Under the pieces are notes generated by a model that searched no databases, was not told the DNA's origin, and saw only the letters and a list, made by a program, of their open reading frames with translations. The translations under genes were made by a program, and so were the position numbers. A DNA stretch of 64,000 bases from a virus. Positions 16,992 through 27,259 of the stretch are shown piece after piece. The stretch is taken from IMG/VR virus record IMGVR_UViG_3300027833_000013, positions 64,001 to 128,000 of that record; one strand, 5' to 3'. The number at the start of each line of letters is the position of its first letter. The first letter of the stretch is position 1.

Positions 16992-17998
16992 AGTTCGTTA
17001 TAAATATCCATTAGCATCTTCTTATCGAAGTTGTCTGAGTCAATTGCATTAATTTCTCCTGCAACAATTTGATCTACGCTTTCGAATTGTGCAATGTCTA
17101 GTTCTGTATTAATGTCTTCTAACTGTTTTTGTGGAATTAAACTAATTTCACGACAGTTGTAAGTATTAATAAACGTTTCTTTAATAAAACTTGCCTCTTC
17201 AAAGCTAATAGGCAAGTCTAAGTTAACACGTAGATACATATTAGGTTTAATAATTGTATCTGCTTCGTCGATTAATTGACTTAGTTTAATAGTACGGTAC
17301 TTGGGACAGTCAGGCCAGTTAAGGTATACTGGCTCAGCATCGTTTTCTCTATCGAGTATCATCATACCACGGTCATCATCCCATGCATCTGCATAGTTGT
17401 GCGGAAACGCATTACCTAAGTAATGTACCACGCCTTGTTGCTGACGTTTATGGAAGTGTCCACTAAAAACATAAGACTGATTAGCAAAGTCTTCTGCTCT
17501 AAGCTCTCCGTGGTCGGGCATCTGTACCATAGCGTTCATATAGAAGCTAGGTAGCTCAAAATGCCCAAATATATATTTGCTTTTTAGCTTTTTAAGTTTC
17601 TTCCATTCGTCGCCTACTAACCAAGGCACAATAGTAACATCCTCGATTGTTGTAAGTTCGTCGATAAATGTAATACCTGGAATATGTTTTGCAAATGCAG
17701 TACTATTAACGTCACGCTTGTCTTTATAATACAAGTCGTGGTTACCATCAAAGAAGAAGAACTGCTCAAAGGCAGCTCCTAGCTTCTCCATACAACGGAT
17801 AGTAGCATCCATAGTTGTAAGATTTAAACTGTTTCTATTATGGTGCCAATCACCACAAAAAATACCAGTCTCACAACCGTTGGTTTTTGCTTGTTCAATA
17901 TACCAATCAACAAAGTCTTCACAATCTTGATTGTGCATCTTGCTATTACCTTTTAATCCCAAGTGGATGTCGGTAAAGACTGCGGCTTTTTTAAACAA
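16988..17998 (-). CDS. gp47: Recombination endonuclease nuclease subunit (gp47 / SbcD / Mre11-like)
   Basis: Metallophosphoesterase motifs DIH, GDWHH, GNHD, GHFE, SGHFH; TTG start with GAGGA RBS. Confidence 0.93.
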   Translation of the reverse strand: MFKKAAVFTDIHLGLKGNSKMHNQDCEDFVDWYIEQAKTNGCETGIFCGDWHHNRNSLNLTTMDATIRCMEKLGAAFEQFFFFDGNHDLYYKDKRDVNSTAFAKHIPGITFIDELTTIEDVTIVPWLVGDEWKKLKKLKSKYIFGHFELPSFYMNAMVQMPDHGELRAEDFANQSYVFSGHFHKRQQQGVVHYLGNAFPHNYADAWDDDRGMMILDRENDAEPVYLNWPDCPKYRTIKLSQLIDEADTIIKPNMYLRVNLDLPISFEEASFIKETFINTYNCREISLIPQKQLEDINTELDIAQFESVDQIVAGEINAIDSDNFDKKMLMDIYNEL

Positions 17999-18025
17999 AT
18001 TTACGTCCTCTATGATTCAACTAAC

Positions 18026-18054
18026 ATTATACAACAAAATCTCAATAAGATCAA
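18026..18054 (-). promoter_or_regulatory. Sigma70-type promoter for gp47-gp46
   Basis: TTGATC-17 bp-TATAAT. Confidence 0.6.
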
Positions 18055-18058
18055 TGAC

Positions 18059-18895
18059 TTATTTGGAAGATTTCATTTTATCGGTTTCTCGTTTCTGCTC
18101 TGCTTCCCATTGTCCTTGATTTTGTCTAGTAAAGCTAGGATTCATATTGTTCATTTCTAGAATGTCATCACGGATGTTCTGCGCACGTTTTTCAATATTA
18201 ATAACACGTACAAAACTATTAGTAACTGCGGCAGTGTAATATGCAAACGGATTATCCGACTTAGATTCATCAAACTGTAAACCAATTTGTGCTAATTGTA
18301 GAATAGCTTGTCCGCGCATTTCGTCGTTGTATGTGTAACCACGTACATTGCCTCGAGTAGCATAACGATCACAAAGTTTCATCCACATCATAGCAAGTTT
18401 ATTAGTTGCCTTTCCGTGTGTTTTGTCAAAATGTCCATTTTCCATGCCACCTGCCCAATGACTCTTTCCTACTAATATTAAATCACCGTCATCATTGTAC
18501 TTGTAATGATGAAAAGGTGGAAAATTAAGTTTTGTTTTAGTATCGGCAATAGTTTTTGGGTTCTTTTTACGTCCGGGCTCTTCTGGAATATGATCAAACG
18601 TCATTACACGGAAGATCAATTCTTCCTTAGTAATTGTTTTATAATCTACTTCGCATTCTGCTTGTTTAACTTTATGTCCCAAGCCTTTTCTCCGCTCAAA
18701 TTCAGCAGTCGACATTTTCTTTGCTTTAGCACGTTTAGCTTCAGCAACTGTTAGTCTATTAATTTTTCCAATATCAAGTACAATAAGATCAAACATAGCA
18801 TGTGATTCTTCTGTAAAACTACAGAATGTACTTTTTGATTTATGTATTTCTTTTAATATATCTTTGTTATTTAGGTAATTTACACGTCTAGCCAT
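18059..18895 (-). CDS. gp55: Late-transcription sigma factor (T4 gp55-like)
   Basis: NYLNNKDIL, GYTYNDEM, FDESKSDNPFAYYT...NSFVRVINIEKR; adjacent to gp47/gp46 as in T4-like phages. Confidence 0.85.
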   Translation of the reverse strand: MARRVNYLNNKDILKEIHKSKSTFCSFTEESHAMFDLIVLDIGKINRLTVAEAKRAKAKKMSTAEFERRKGLGHKVKQAECEVDYKTITKEELIFRVMTFDHIPEEPGRKKNPKTIADTKTKLNFPPFHHYKYNDDGDLILVGKSHWAGGMENGHFDKTHGKATNKLAMMWMKLCDRYATRGNVRGYTYNDEMRGQAILQLAQIGLQFDESKSDNPFAYYTAAVTNSFVRVINIEKRAQNIRDDILEMNNMNPSFTRQNQGQWEAEQKRETDKMKSSK

Positions 18896-18925
18896 TACTT
18901 CTCCAAGTTATAAGATGTTACATAC

Positions 18926-18954
18926 ATTATAATATACATACATTAAAAAGTCAA
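18926..18954 (-). promoter_or_regulatory. Sigma70-type promoter for gp55
   Basis: TTGACT-17 bp-TATAAT. Confidence 0.7.
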
Positions 18955-18955
18955 C

Positions 18956-18961
18956 TAAATA
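18956..18961 (+). promoter_or_regulatory. Late promoter core (TAAATA) for baseplate operon
   Basis: CTAAATAACACTATAAGAAGGAG upstream of ATG 18983. Confidence 0.6.
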
Positions 18962-18982
18962 ACACTATAAGAAGGAGATATT

Positions 18983-19837
18983 ATGCCAGGTCGAAATCCA
19001 TTTACAAGTTTACAAGAAACTTTTGGTAGTGCTATTAATGTTGTAAGTACATTAAAAAGAACAGTAGACACTGTATCTGCGTTTGCCGACAACCCTTTAG
19101 GATTTATGAAAAACATTCGTAGTGCAAACCTCCAACCAGATGCAATGCCAACGTTTAAATCAAATACTAGTGCTATAGTTAAAAGTCCTAGAGGCGAAAA
19201 CGACTGGCGTGTAAGTTTAAGCGTTCCGCCTATAATGAAAGGAATGCCCAAAACATTATTACAGCCTTTAGTTAACACAAATAATAGAATGGTATTTCCT
19301 TTTACGCCGTCTATTATATTTTCTCATTCTGCAAGCTACAATGCATTGCAACCTACACATACTAATTATCCATTTTTTAACTATCAAAGTTCAGCTGTGG
19401 ACGCTATAACTATTGCAGGCGACTTTTTTGTTGAAAATGCAGAAGATGCAGAGTATTGGGTTGCGGCAGTTACTTATTTGCGTACTGTAACTAAAATGTT
19501 TTATGGCACCGGCGCGAATTTAGGTAATCCTCCGCCAATTATTAAACTAAATGGGTACGGAGAGTTTGTTTTTAACAATGTGCCGTGTGTAGTAACTGCA
19601 TTTAATATTGATTTACCGCAAGACGTGGATTATATTAAAACTACAATGGGAGGATCAACAACACCTGGCAATCATCATGCTGATCCTGTAACTACTGAAG
19701 GTGCCGATACATGGGTTCCAGCACAAAGTTTAATATCAGTAACAGTACAACCAATATACAGTAGAGCTAGACAAGCTGAATTTAATTTAAACGATTTTGT
19801 TAGTGGTAAACTAATAACAGGTAAAGGAATGATTTAA
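18983..19837 (+). CDS. Baseplate tail-tube initiator/cap protein (gp48/gp54-like)
   Basis: MVFPFTPSI, GNPPPIIKLNGYG, FNNVPCVV are tube-fold baseplate motifs; first gene of the baseplate operon. Confidence 0.6.
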   Translation: MPGRNPFTSLQETFGSAINVVSTLKRTVDTVSAFADNPLGFMKNIRSANLQPDAMPTFKSNTSAIVKSPRGENDWRVSLSVPPIMKGMPKTLLQPLVNTNNRMVFPFTPSIIFSHSASYNALQPTHTNYPFFNYQSSAVDAITIAGDFFVENAEDAEYWVAAVTYLRTVTKMFYGTGANLGNPPPIIKLNGYGEFVFNNVPCVVTAFNIDLPQDVDYIKTTMGGSTTPGNHHADPVTTEGADTWVPAQSLISVTVQPIYSRARQAEFNLNDFVSGKLITGKGMI

Positions 19838-20139
19838 TGGCAAGTTATAATAATTCTAGTCCGTGGGCAAATACAAAGGTTGTAGATCAAAGATATTTAG
19901 GATTGTTTCAAATCCGTCCTGTTCCTAAAGAAAGTGACGATGTATTATATGAAATTGAATCTCAATATACTCATAGGCCAGATTTATTAGCTTACGATCT
20001 ATACGGAAGTACAAAATTGTGGTGGGTATTTGCGCAAAGGAATATGGACACAATTAAAGACCCAATTTATGATATCGAAGCAGGCGTAGAAATTTATCTA
20101 CCAAAAGGACCTTCATTAAAACGCTTGTTAGGAATTTAA
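19837..20139 (+). CDS. gp53: LysM-like baseplate wedge protein (gp53-like)
   Basis: RPDLLAYDLYGSTKLWWVFA motif. Confidence 0.75.
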   Translation: MASYNNSSPWANTKVVDQRYLGLFQIRPVPKESDDVLYEIESQYTHRPDLLAYDLYGSTKLWWVFAQRNMDTIKDPIYDIEAGVEIYLPKGPSLKRLLGI

Positions 20140-20142
20140 AAG

Positions 20143-23100
20143 ATGCCACCTAATTTTAACGGACTGCGTAACAACATTGCTAGAAAAGTAAATTCAATTA
20201 AAGAATTGGTACCGGATATTTCATCAACGTTAGAAGGTGAAGTTTCTAAATTCACAAATGAACTAGCTTCTTTTGATTTTACTAAATCTGCAATAAACGT
20301 ATTAGGCATAAATGACGGTACTGCGGTTTCAAGTCTACTTAGTAAACTTAATGGACCGGGAGCAACAGCAGACTCTTTTAATTTTAAAAGCAATTTAAGT
20401 GCAAAACCTGGTCCAATTGGCACTACAAATAAGCCTGGAGAATTAGTTCCAGGTCAGAGTCCCGGTCCGTGGGCAAATGAACTTGAAGGCTTTGCTAGTA
20501 TGAATTGTTTAATGACACTTTCGGCATTAACTAAAGACGAAGTAAATGACCCTGATGGTACATATAGAAAATCCGGTGTTGCTGAAAATAGAATAATTTG
20601 TAGGAGCGGCGGCTCCGGTACTAAGAAAGTTAAAACTGCATACGAAAAGGTACTAGGAAAGACCCTAGAATTTTTCCTAGATGATTTAGAATTTAAATCA
20701 ATAATGGTGGCAGACAACGATGCTAGAAATTCTAATGTAACAACCCTAGCGTTTGAAGTTACTGAACCTTATAGTATGGGATTATTTTTAAATACTCTTA
20801 AGGCTGCGGCAACTTTAGGCGGCTATGCAAACTATATCGAAGCTACATACATGCTAACACTAGAATTTGTCGGTACGGACGAAGAGGGCAACATGGGAGT
20901 TGCTCCTTATTCTAGGAGATTTCTTCCAATTAAACTTAAGACTGTTAGGCTTAAAGTATCCGGCTCCGGCTCTGTCTACGCATGTACAGCATACTTGTCA
21001 AATGAACAAGCAATGCAAGATGCAGTACAGCAAGTAAAAACGGATATTGCAGTAACAGGAGCTACAGTTAGAGAACTATTGCAGTCAGGCGGCCAAAGTC
21101 TAACTACTATACTAAACACTAGATTGCTTGACATGCAAGATAAGGGACAAGTAAACGTTGCAGACCAATATGTTATTGTGTTTCCAGAAGACCGCACAAG
21201 TGCGACTGGAAGGCCTTCGGCTGCATCTAGCAATAGCTCTTCTGGAGCAACTATAAATCCATATGGATCTATGGCAGATGGTGAATTTGGCGGAATGGCT
21301 AGCTCTTCAAATCAATTAACACGAGCAGAATTAACAGAACAGTATAGATCTATTACAGGTGATAACGAAGGAGAAGTGCCACTAAATTACGACCAATATA
21401 TTAATAGTATTTCTGGCATTGTTAGATCGTCCACTGAATTTGGTTCTGCATTTAAAGATTATGCTAATAGTGATTTTGCAACAAATATAATTGGCCAAGC
21501 TGCCATTATTAATAATCCAGTTGAAGCAGGTCAGTCTCCGATGGGATCAATGCAGTATTCTCAAGAAAATATTGACAGGTACCCTATTTTCTCAAGAGGC
21601 TCAGCAGAATTACAAACTAGTGGCACTAATAGAATGTTTAAGTTTAGAGCAGGTGCACGAATACAAGATATAATCGAAGAAGTACTGTTAGTTAGTTCAT
21701 ATGGACAAGCACTTGCTGGACAACTTTCAGACATTACAAACCCTACAGGAATGGTTCAGTGGTACAGGATTGAAGCAGATACTTACACTGTTCCAGAAAA
21801 CACAGAAGTGCTTAGAACCGGCACAAGTCCTAACATTTATGTGTATAGAGTTGTGCCTTATATGGTGCATTCTAGCGTGTTTAGTAACCCAGCAACTCCG
21901 GCAGTTGGTATAGGAGCGTTAAAAGCTGAAGCGGCAAAAGAATATGAATATATTTACACTGGCAGAAATAAAGATATTTTAGATTTTGAGATTGATTATA
22001 GGTTTGCCTTCCAAGCAGGCGCTTTAGCAGATTCTGCGTCAAGTTCAGCTCAACAGCGACAAGGCAGTGCTGTGCAATCAACACCTAACCCACATTCTTC
22101 ATCTTATACAGCTGGTGGTGAATCAGCCGCTGAGTTTGTACCTGTGGAAGGTATGGTCTCACAAGTCGAAGTTATCAATGCAGGAGCAATAGCAGGCGGC
22201 GGCTCTGAAATAAGCAATGCAGAAATAAGCATCGCACGAAATTTTAATGACAGATTAGTTAACAGTAAAAATGATTTGCTAATGGCCGAACTAACAATTA
22301 TTGGTGATCCCTTTTATCTTAGTGATAACGGCGCAGGAAATTATCATGCCGGCGACACTTCGTATACTAATATGACCGAAGACGGCACGGCAAACTATTC
22401 CAACGGCCAGGTACACATTAATATATTATTTAGAACTCCGGTTGATATTGATGAAGATGTAGGAAATTATACATTTCCTGAAGACTTGCTATTAGTTGAA
22501 TCATTTAGCGGATTGTATATGGTTAAAACAGTTATGTCAACTATTAGTAAAAACCAATTTACTCAAACCCTATCACTGAATCGAGTTTTAAATCAGCAAG
22601 AGTCATCTACTACTGCAAATACTGGTATAATGGTTAGTACTACTGACGCAAGAGAATCATTAAATGAACGAGCACTTGACGTACAACGTATTGCAAGTGC
22701 GGCAATAAGTGAATTGAATTTTCCATCTAATATAATTGCATATCAAGACGAGTTAGCACAATTACTACCAAAAGTGCAGGAACTCGGAACTATAGCAGAA
22801 CAAGCCAAAGCCGCGTTAAATACTGATGAACTAGCACTATTTGGCAAAGTAGGTGAATTGGCAGAATCGCTAGAAGCTAGTATGGGCAACTTTGATATTG
22901 GCCAAGTCGGCCTTGACTTTGAAAATATTGAGCAAACATTAGGTCAATTTACAGGAATTAATTTGGATACTATTAAAACAAGTACATTACCTTCGTTAGG
23001 TACTATTGGCGCAAGTGTGTTACCATCCATACCGTTGCCAGGTGTAGGGTCATTAAATGCGGCAGCAAGTTTTGCACAGTCAAGAGGCGCAAGTGAATTA

Positions 23101-23262
23101 AATGCCTTAAATAGCAATCTAAGAGATAACATAGGCGGAGCAACAAGTGCTTTAACTGGACCACTTAGAACGATAGAGTTACCGGCCGTTAATTTGCCTA
23201 ATGTAGATTTAGGCGGCCAGCGGGTATTTAACACGCTAACTAATAGATGGGAAAGCTTCTAA
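20143..23262 (+). CDS. Baseplate hub protein (gp27/gpD-like position)
   Basis: Lies between the LysM protein and the spike; ELTIIGDP...FSGLYMVKTV...FTQTLSL motif of hub proteins. Confidence 0.55.
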   Translation: MPPNFNGLRNNIARKVNSIKELVPDISSTLEGEVSKFTNELASFDFTKSAINVLGINDGTAVSSLLSKLNGPGATADSFNFKSNLSAKPGPIGTTNKPGELVPGQSPGPWANELEGFASMNCLMTLSALTKDEVNDPDGTYRKSGVAENRIICRSGGSGTKKVKTAYEKVLGKTLEFFLDDLEFKSIMVADNDARNSNVTTLAFEVTEPYSMGLFLNTLKAAATLGGYANYIEATYMLTLEFVGTDEEGNMGVAPYSRRFLPIKLKTVRLKVSGSGSVYACTAYLSNEQAMQDAVQQVKTDIAVTGATVRELLQSGGQSLTTILNTRLLDMQDKGQVNVADQYVIVFPEDRTSATGRPSAASSNSSSGATINPYGSMADGEFGGMASSSNQLTRAELTEQYRSITGDNEGEVPLNYDQYINSISGIVRSSTEFGSAFKDYANSDFATNIIGQAAIINNPVEAGQSPMGSMQYSQENIDRYPIFSRGSAELQTSGTNRMFKFRAGARIQDIIEEVLLVSSYGQALAGQLSDITNPTGMVQWYRIEADTYTVPENTEVLRTGTSPNIYVYRVVPYMVHSSVFSNPATPAVGIGALKAEAAKEYEYIYTGRNKDILDFEIDYRFAFQAGALADSASSSAQQRQGSAVQSTPNPHSSSYTAGGESAAEFVPVEGMVSQVEVINAGAIAGGGSEISNAEISIARNFNDRLVNSKNDLLMAELTIIGDPFYLSDNGAGNYHAGDTSYTNMTEDGTANYSNGQVHINILFRTPVDIDEDVGNYTFPEDLLLVESFSGLYMVKTVMSTISKNQFTQTLSLNRVLNQQESSTTANTGIMVSTTDARESLNERALDVQRIASAAISELNFPSNIIAYQDELAQLLPKVQELGTIAEQAKAALNTDELALFGKVGELAESLEASMGNFDIGQVGLDFENIEQTLGQFTGINLDTIKTSTLPSLGTIGASVLPSIPLPGVGSLNAAASFAQSRGASELNALNSNLRDNIGGATSALTGPLRTIELPAVNLPNVDLGGQRVFNTLTNRWESF

Positions 23263-25970
23263 TGCCACCAAACAATAACCAAAACAATTTAAGATCTAAA
23301 CAACATATTGATCCTAGTTCACCGGGACCGTTTGAAGCTATTGTAGTTAATCATTTAGATCCTCACTATATGGGAACACTTCAAGTTGAACTATTAAAAC
23401 AGACAGGAGCAGGTAATCAACCTGAGCGATCAGGACAAATGATCGAAGCTAGATATTTAAGTCCGTTTTACGGCGTTACACCAACTGGAGCAACATCTGG
23501 AAATGAAGGATATAAAAATTCTCAAAAATCATATGGCTTTTGGGGAGTGCCGCCTGATATTGGAACTACAGTTTTAGTAATTCTTGTAGAACAAAGTTTG
23601 TCTAAAGCATTTTGGATAGGGTGTGTACAAGAAGAAAATATGAACTTTATGGTGCCAGGGTATGCTGGTACAGATAATTTATCTGATTACGGTAACCGAG
23701 CACCGTCAGCAGAATATAACAAACAGTTACAATCTGTAAAACTTAAAGATGCTACCAAATATAAAAAACCAGTACATGTTGATCTTGCAAGGTCATTAAT
23801 CCGGCAAGGATTAATATCTGACGATGTTAGAGGAATAACTACTTCAAGTGCTAGACGAGAAGTTCCTAGTGCTGTTTTTGGAATAAGCACTGGCGGCCCA
23901 GTAGACAAACGCACAGGTGCACCAAAAAGTGAAGTAGGACCAGTTGGTCAAAAAACTAATATACATACACATAGACTAGGTGGTTCGTCGTTTGTAATGG
24001 ATGACGGTGACGACAAGTTTATAAGAAAAGGTAAAGCAGAAGATACTCCAATGGAGTATGTAAGTTTAGAGGCAGGCGAAGTTGGCGGTGATCCCACATT
24101 ACCTGCTAATGAACTGTTGCGATTAAAAACTCGTACAGGCCATCAAATACTTTTGCACAATACTGAAGATTTAATTTACATTGGAAATGCAAAAGGTACA
24201 GCCTGGATTGAACTTACATCAAATGGTAAAATAGATATCTTTGCCGCAGATAGTATAAGTGTGCATACACAAGTTGATATGAATTTTACAGCAGATCGAG
24301 ATATAAATTTTGTTGCAGGACAAAACTTAAATATGGTAGTTGGACAAGACATCAAAGCTACTACAGGTTCTAATATGAATTTTGTTGTAGGTAAAAATGC
24401 TATGTGGAATGTAGGTGATAGTTACGATGTTGCCTCAGGCGGAAGTATATCGCAATATGCAGAAGGAAATTCTACATATACGTCAACTGGAAATGCCAAC
24501 TTTTTATCAGGAGCAGAAGTATTTATTGGTTCATCTGGCGGCAACGTCAACTTAGATGCTTGCAATAGTTTGAAGATAAATGCAGACCAAGAAGGTCATA
24601 TACATATTGGAACTGATTTACATATTACATCTAAAGGTGAAACAGACATCAAATCTACAGGCGAAATGGCTGTACAAAGTACTGCGGCTATGCGAATACA
24701 CAGCGAAGCAACATTAGATATACTTGGTGCTACTACAACTAAAGTTTCATCAACTGGTACATTAGATATTAATGGCGGTACTGCAATTAAGATGACAGGA
24801 TCATCAATTGACTTAAATGGACCATCTCCGGCGTCATTGGCAACGGCAGCCGGTGCAGAAACTGCGTTAGTTCCGGCAGCACCAACACCGCTTGCACCCG
24901 AACCAGCATCAGTAGCAGAACAAGCATCAAGAATACCACAGCACGAACCGTGGTATGAACACGAAAACTTAAATCCAACATTATATACTCCGGATAAAAC
25001 TAGAGCAAACACTGAACAACTTCCAACATTTGTGCCTCGTACTCCTGATACATTTGCTAAGTCAATTGGTACACCTATATTTGGCGCACCCCCAGTTGTG
25101 TCTAATAGAAGAAATTCTACGGGCGAGGTAGGTGTAACAACCCCTACTTCATATTACGGAGCATCTAGCACACCAGCGTATGACTCGCAGGAGTCATTAG
25201 GAATATCTCCTGCACCCGGTGCACCAGCATCTAGTGACATACGAGAACGAGCTAGAGTATTAGCATCAGCTATGCGAGCTGTAGGATTTACTGACGACGA
25301 AACGTTATTATCAATAATTGCAGTTTGTCATACTGAAAGTAGATTGCTACCTGCAGAAGAACTAAGTTATGGTAATAATACTAATAGCTATATTAGAAGT
25401 ATATTTAAAACAGCAACTAGGGGAGTTAGTGAAGCCGAACTTACTGCGGCCAAGTCTACAAAAACTTCTTTCTTTGAATTAGTATACGGTAACAATAATG
25501 CAAAAGGACGTGAACTAGGAAATCAATTTGATGGTGACGGTGGTGCATTTATTGGAAGAGGAATTATACAATTAACTGGCCGAGCAAATTATGAAAGATA
25601 CGGCAAAGCCGCAGGGCTTATTGACGAAGCATTAGTTGATGGACCCGACGGTACAAACAAAAACCCGAACGGCGTTACTGTAATTGCTAATCCTAGTTTA
25701 TTGGCTACTGATTTTGTAACAAGTTGTAACGTAGCCGCACAATATCTTAAAGATAGATACCGTCCTAATAGAGGCAGGGGAATATTAGGTGATCTAAGAC
25801 TATGTATTAATGCAGGCGGATATGATCATGCATATCCTAAAGACTTGCAATTTTTAAACGCAATTGATGCAACTTGGATACAAGAACCTCTACCTGAATC
25901 AGTACAAGGCATTGACGATAATGTTACTAACGCAGGCGGAACGCAAGAAAGAAGAAAAGGACCATTTTAA
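23262..25970 (+). CDS. gp5: Baseplate central spike (gp5-like) with C-terminal GH19 lysozyme/chitinase-like domain
   Basis: N-terminal DP...G.LQV/PPDIG OB-fold, RTGHQI, beta-helix repeats, Pro-rich linker, then GDGGAFIGRGIIQLTGRANY (GH19 motif). Start placed at the TAATG overlap, 23262. Confidence 0.8.
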   Translation: MPPNNNQNNLRSKQHIDPSSPGPFEAIVVNHLDPHYMGTLQVELLKQTGAGNQPERSGQMIEARYLSPFYGVTPTGATSGNEGYKNSQKSYGFWGVPPDIGTTVLVILVEQSLSKAFWIGCVQEENMNFMVPGYAGTDNLSDYGNRAPSAEYNKQLQSVKLKDATKYKKPVHVDLARSLIRQGLISDDVRGITTSSARREVPSAVFGISTGGPVDKRTGAPKSEVGPVGQKTNIHTHRLGGSSFVMDDGDDKFIRKGKAEDTPMEYVSLEAGEVGGDPTLPANELLRLKTRTGHQILLHNTEDLIYIGNAKGTAWIELTSNGKIDIFAADSISVHTQVDMNFTADRDINFVAGQNLNMVVGQDIKATTGSNMNFVVGKNAMWNVGDSYDVASGGSISQYAEGNSTYTSTGNANFLSGAEVFIGSSGGNVNLDACNSLKINADQEGHIHIGTDLHITSKGETDIKSTGEMAVQSTAAMRIHSEATLDILGATTTKVSSTGTLDINGGTAIKMTGSSIDLNGPSPASLATAAGAETALVPAAPTPLAPEPASVAEQASRIPQHEPWYEHENLNPTLYTPDKTRANTEQLPTFVPRTPDTFAKSIGTPIFGAPPVVSNRRNSTGEVGVTTPTSYYGASSTPAYDSQESLGISPAPGAPASSDIRERARVLASAMRAVGFTDDETLLSIIAVCHTESRLLPAEELSYGNNTNSYIRSIFKTATRGVSEAELTAAKSTKTSFFELVYGNNNAKGRELGNQFDGDGGAFIGRGIIQLTGRANYERYGKAAGLIDEALVDGPDGTNKNPNGVTVIANPSLLATDFVTSCNVAAQYLKDRYRPNRGRGILGDLRLCINAGGYDHAYPKDLQFLNAIDATWIQEPLPESVQGIDDNVTNAGGTQERRKGPF

Positions 25971-26738
25971 ATGTGTAATGTTTTTATACCAGAAGGTAAA
26001 GTTGTACGCCCAGGTACAATACAAGATTTAACTTCAGAAAGTGCATCGTTAGATTCGCAAGCATTTAATTATACAGGCGAAGCATCAAATCTTGAAGGCG
26101 ATTATCCAGGATCAATTGGCGGCCTAAATTCAAATTCTGGATCACCTATTGCATATGCTAATCCGGGCCCTGTTCCTAGCGGCCCTGGATACTTAAAAAT
26201 GAAAGCGTTACTTGATAATGTAATTTCAGCAGATTGGAAAGAAAAAGGCCGCCCGGGAAATCCTAATATCTTAGCCTGTTATGATGCTTGCGGACTATCT
26301 TATGATCGAGATACTGGATCAAGTGCTTATTATTGGTGTGCGGCATTTGTAAGTTATATACTAAAAACAGCAGGTATCCAAAGTCTAAGCTCAATGAGTA
26401 GTCAAGCATATCGAAATTATGGATCTGAAGTAGACTGGAGAACATTAGATAAAATTCGATATTTAGATATAGTAGTTTTTAAGTCTAAAACAAGAACCGG
26501 AGGACATATTGGATTTATTGTTGGTGCAGATGCAACGACTAATAAACTTAAAGTGTTAGGCGGAAACCAAGGAGACGATGCAAAAGTAACAACTTACAGT
26601 GTTGAAACCTCTAAACAGTATGTTATTAACATAAAGCGTAACTGGAACGTTCCTGCAGAATATGACAAGCCATTATTTGGCGAAAATAAATTAGATATAG
26701 ACGCTGTTTCAACAGGCACAAACAGCACTACAGTATAA
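25971..26738 (+). CDS. NlpC/P60-CHAP-like cell-wall peptidase (TIGR02594-like)
   Basis: WCAAFV, GHIGF, LGGNQ motifs. Confidence 0.75.
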   Translation: MCNVFIPEGKVVRPGTIQDLTSESASLDSQAFNYTGEASNLEGDYPGSIGGLNSNSGSPIAYANPGPVPSGPGYLKMKALLDNVISADWKEKGRPGNPNILACYDACGLSYDRDTGSSAYYWCAAFVSYILKTAGIQSLSSMSSQAYRNYGSEVDWRTLDKIRYLDIVVFKSKTRTGGHIGFIVGADATTNKLKVLGGNQGDDAKVTTYSVETSKQYVINIKRNWNVPAEYDKPLFGENKLDIDAVSTGTNSTTV

Positions 26739-26751
26739 GGCTAAATATAGT

Positions 26752-27201
26752 ATGAGCACATTAGAAAAGGATATGTACGAAAGAATTAAGGTGACTGGAG
26801 CAAAGAAAGCTCCATCACAGCCTAATTCTGCACGAGCATATAGAGGGTTAAGTACAACAAACCCAAATAACGCTTCGTCTACATTGTACGATCTTGCATT
26901 AATTAAGCAAGACTTAATAAATCACTTTCATATAAGACAAGGTGAAAAATTAGAAAACCCTGAGTTTGGTACAATTATATGGGAAGTGTTATTTGAACCA
27001 ATGACAGATGATTTAAAAGGCGCTATTGCAAAAAATGTCACTGATATTGTAAATTACGATCCGAGAGTTCAGGTAGATCTAGTAACTGTTGATGCATTTG
27101 AAACAGGTATTCAAATTGAATTAGACTTAACATATCTTCCTTACAACATATCTGAATCTATGCGCTTAACATTTGATGAAAGCAATGGATTAATATCGTA
27201 A
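26752..27201 (+). CDS. gp25: Baseplate wedge protein gp25
   Basis: IKQDLINHFHIRQGEK..NPEFG...LFEP...YDPRV. Confidence 0.88.
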   Translation: MSTLEKDMYERIKVTGAKKAPSQPNSARAYRGLSTTNPNNASSTLYDLALIKQDLINHFHIRQGEKLENPEFGTIIWEVLFEPMTDDLKGAIAKNVTDIVNYDPRVQVDLVTVDAFETGIQIELDLTYLPYNISESMRLTFDESNGLIS

Positions 27202-27259
27202 ATTATATACGCACTTATCCTAAACTAATAAATACTGTGAGTGAAGGAAACCATAAACT

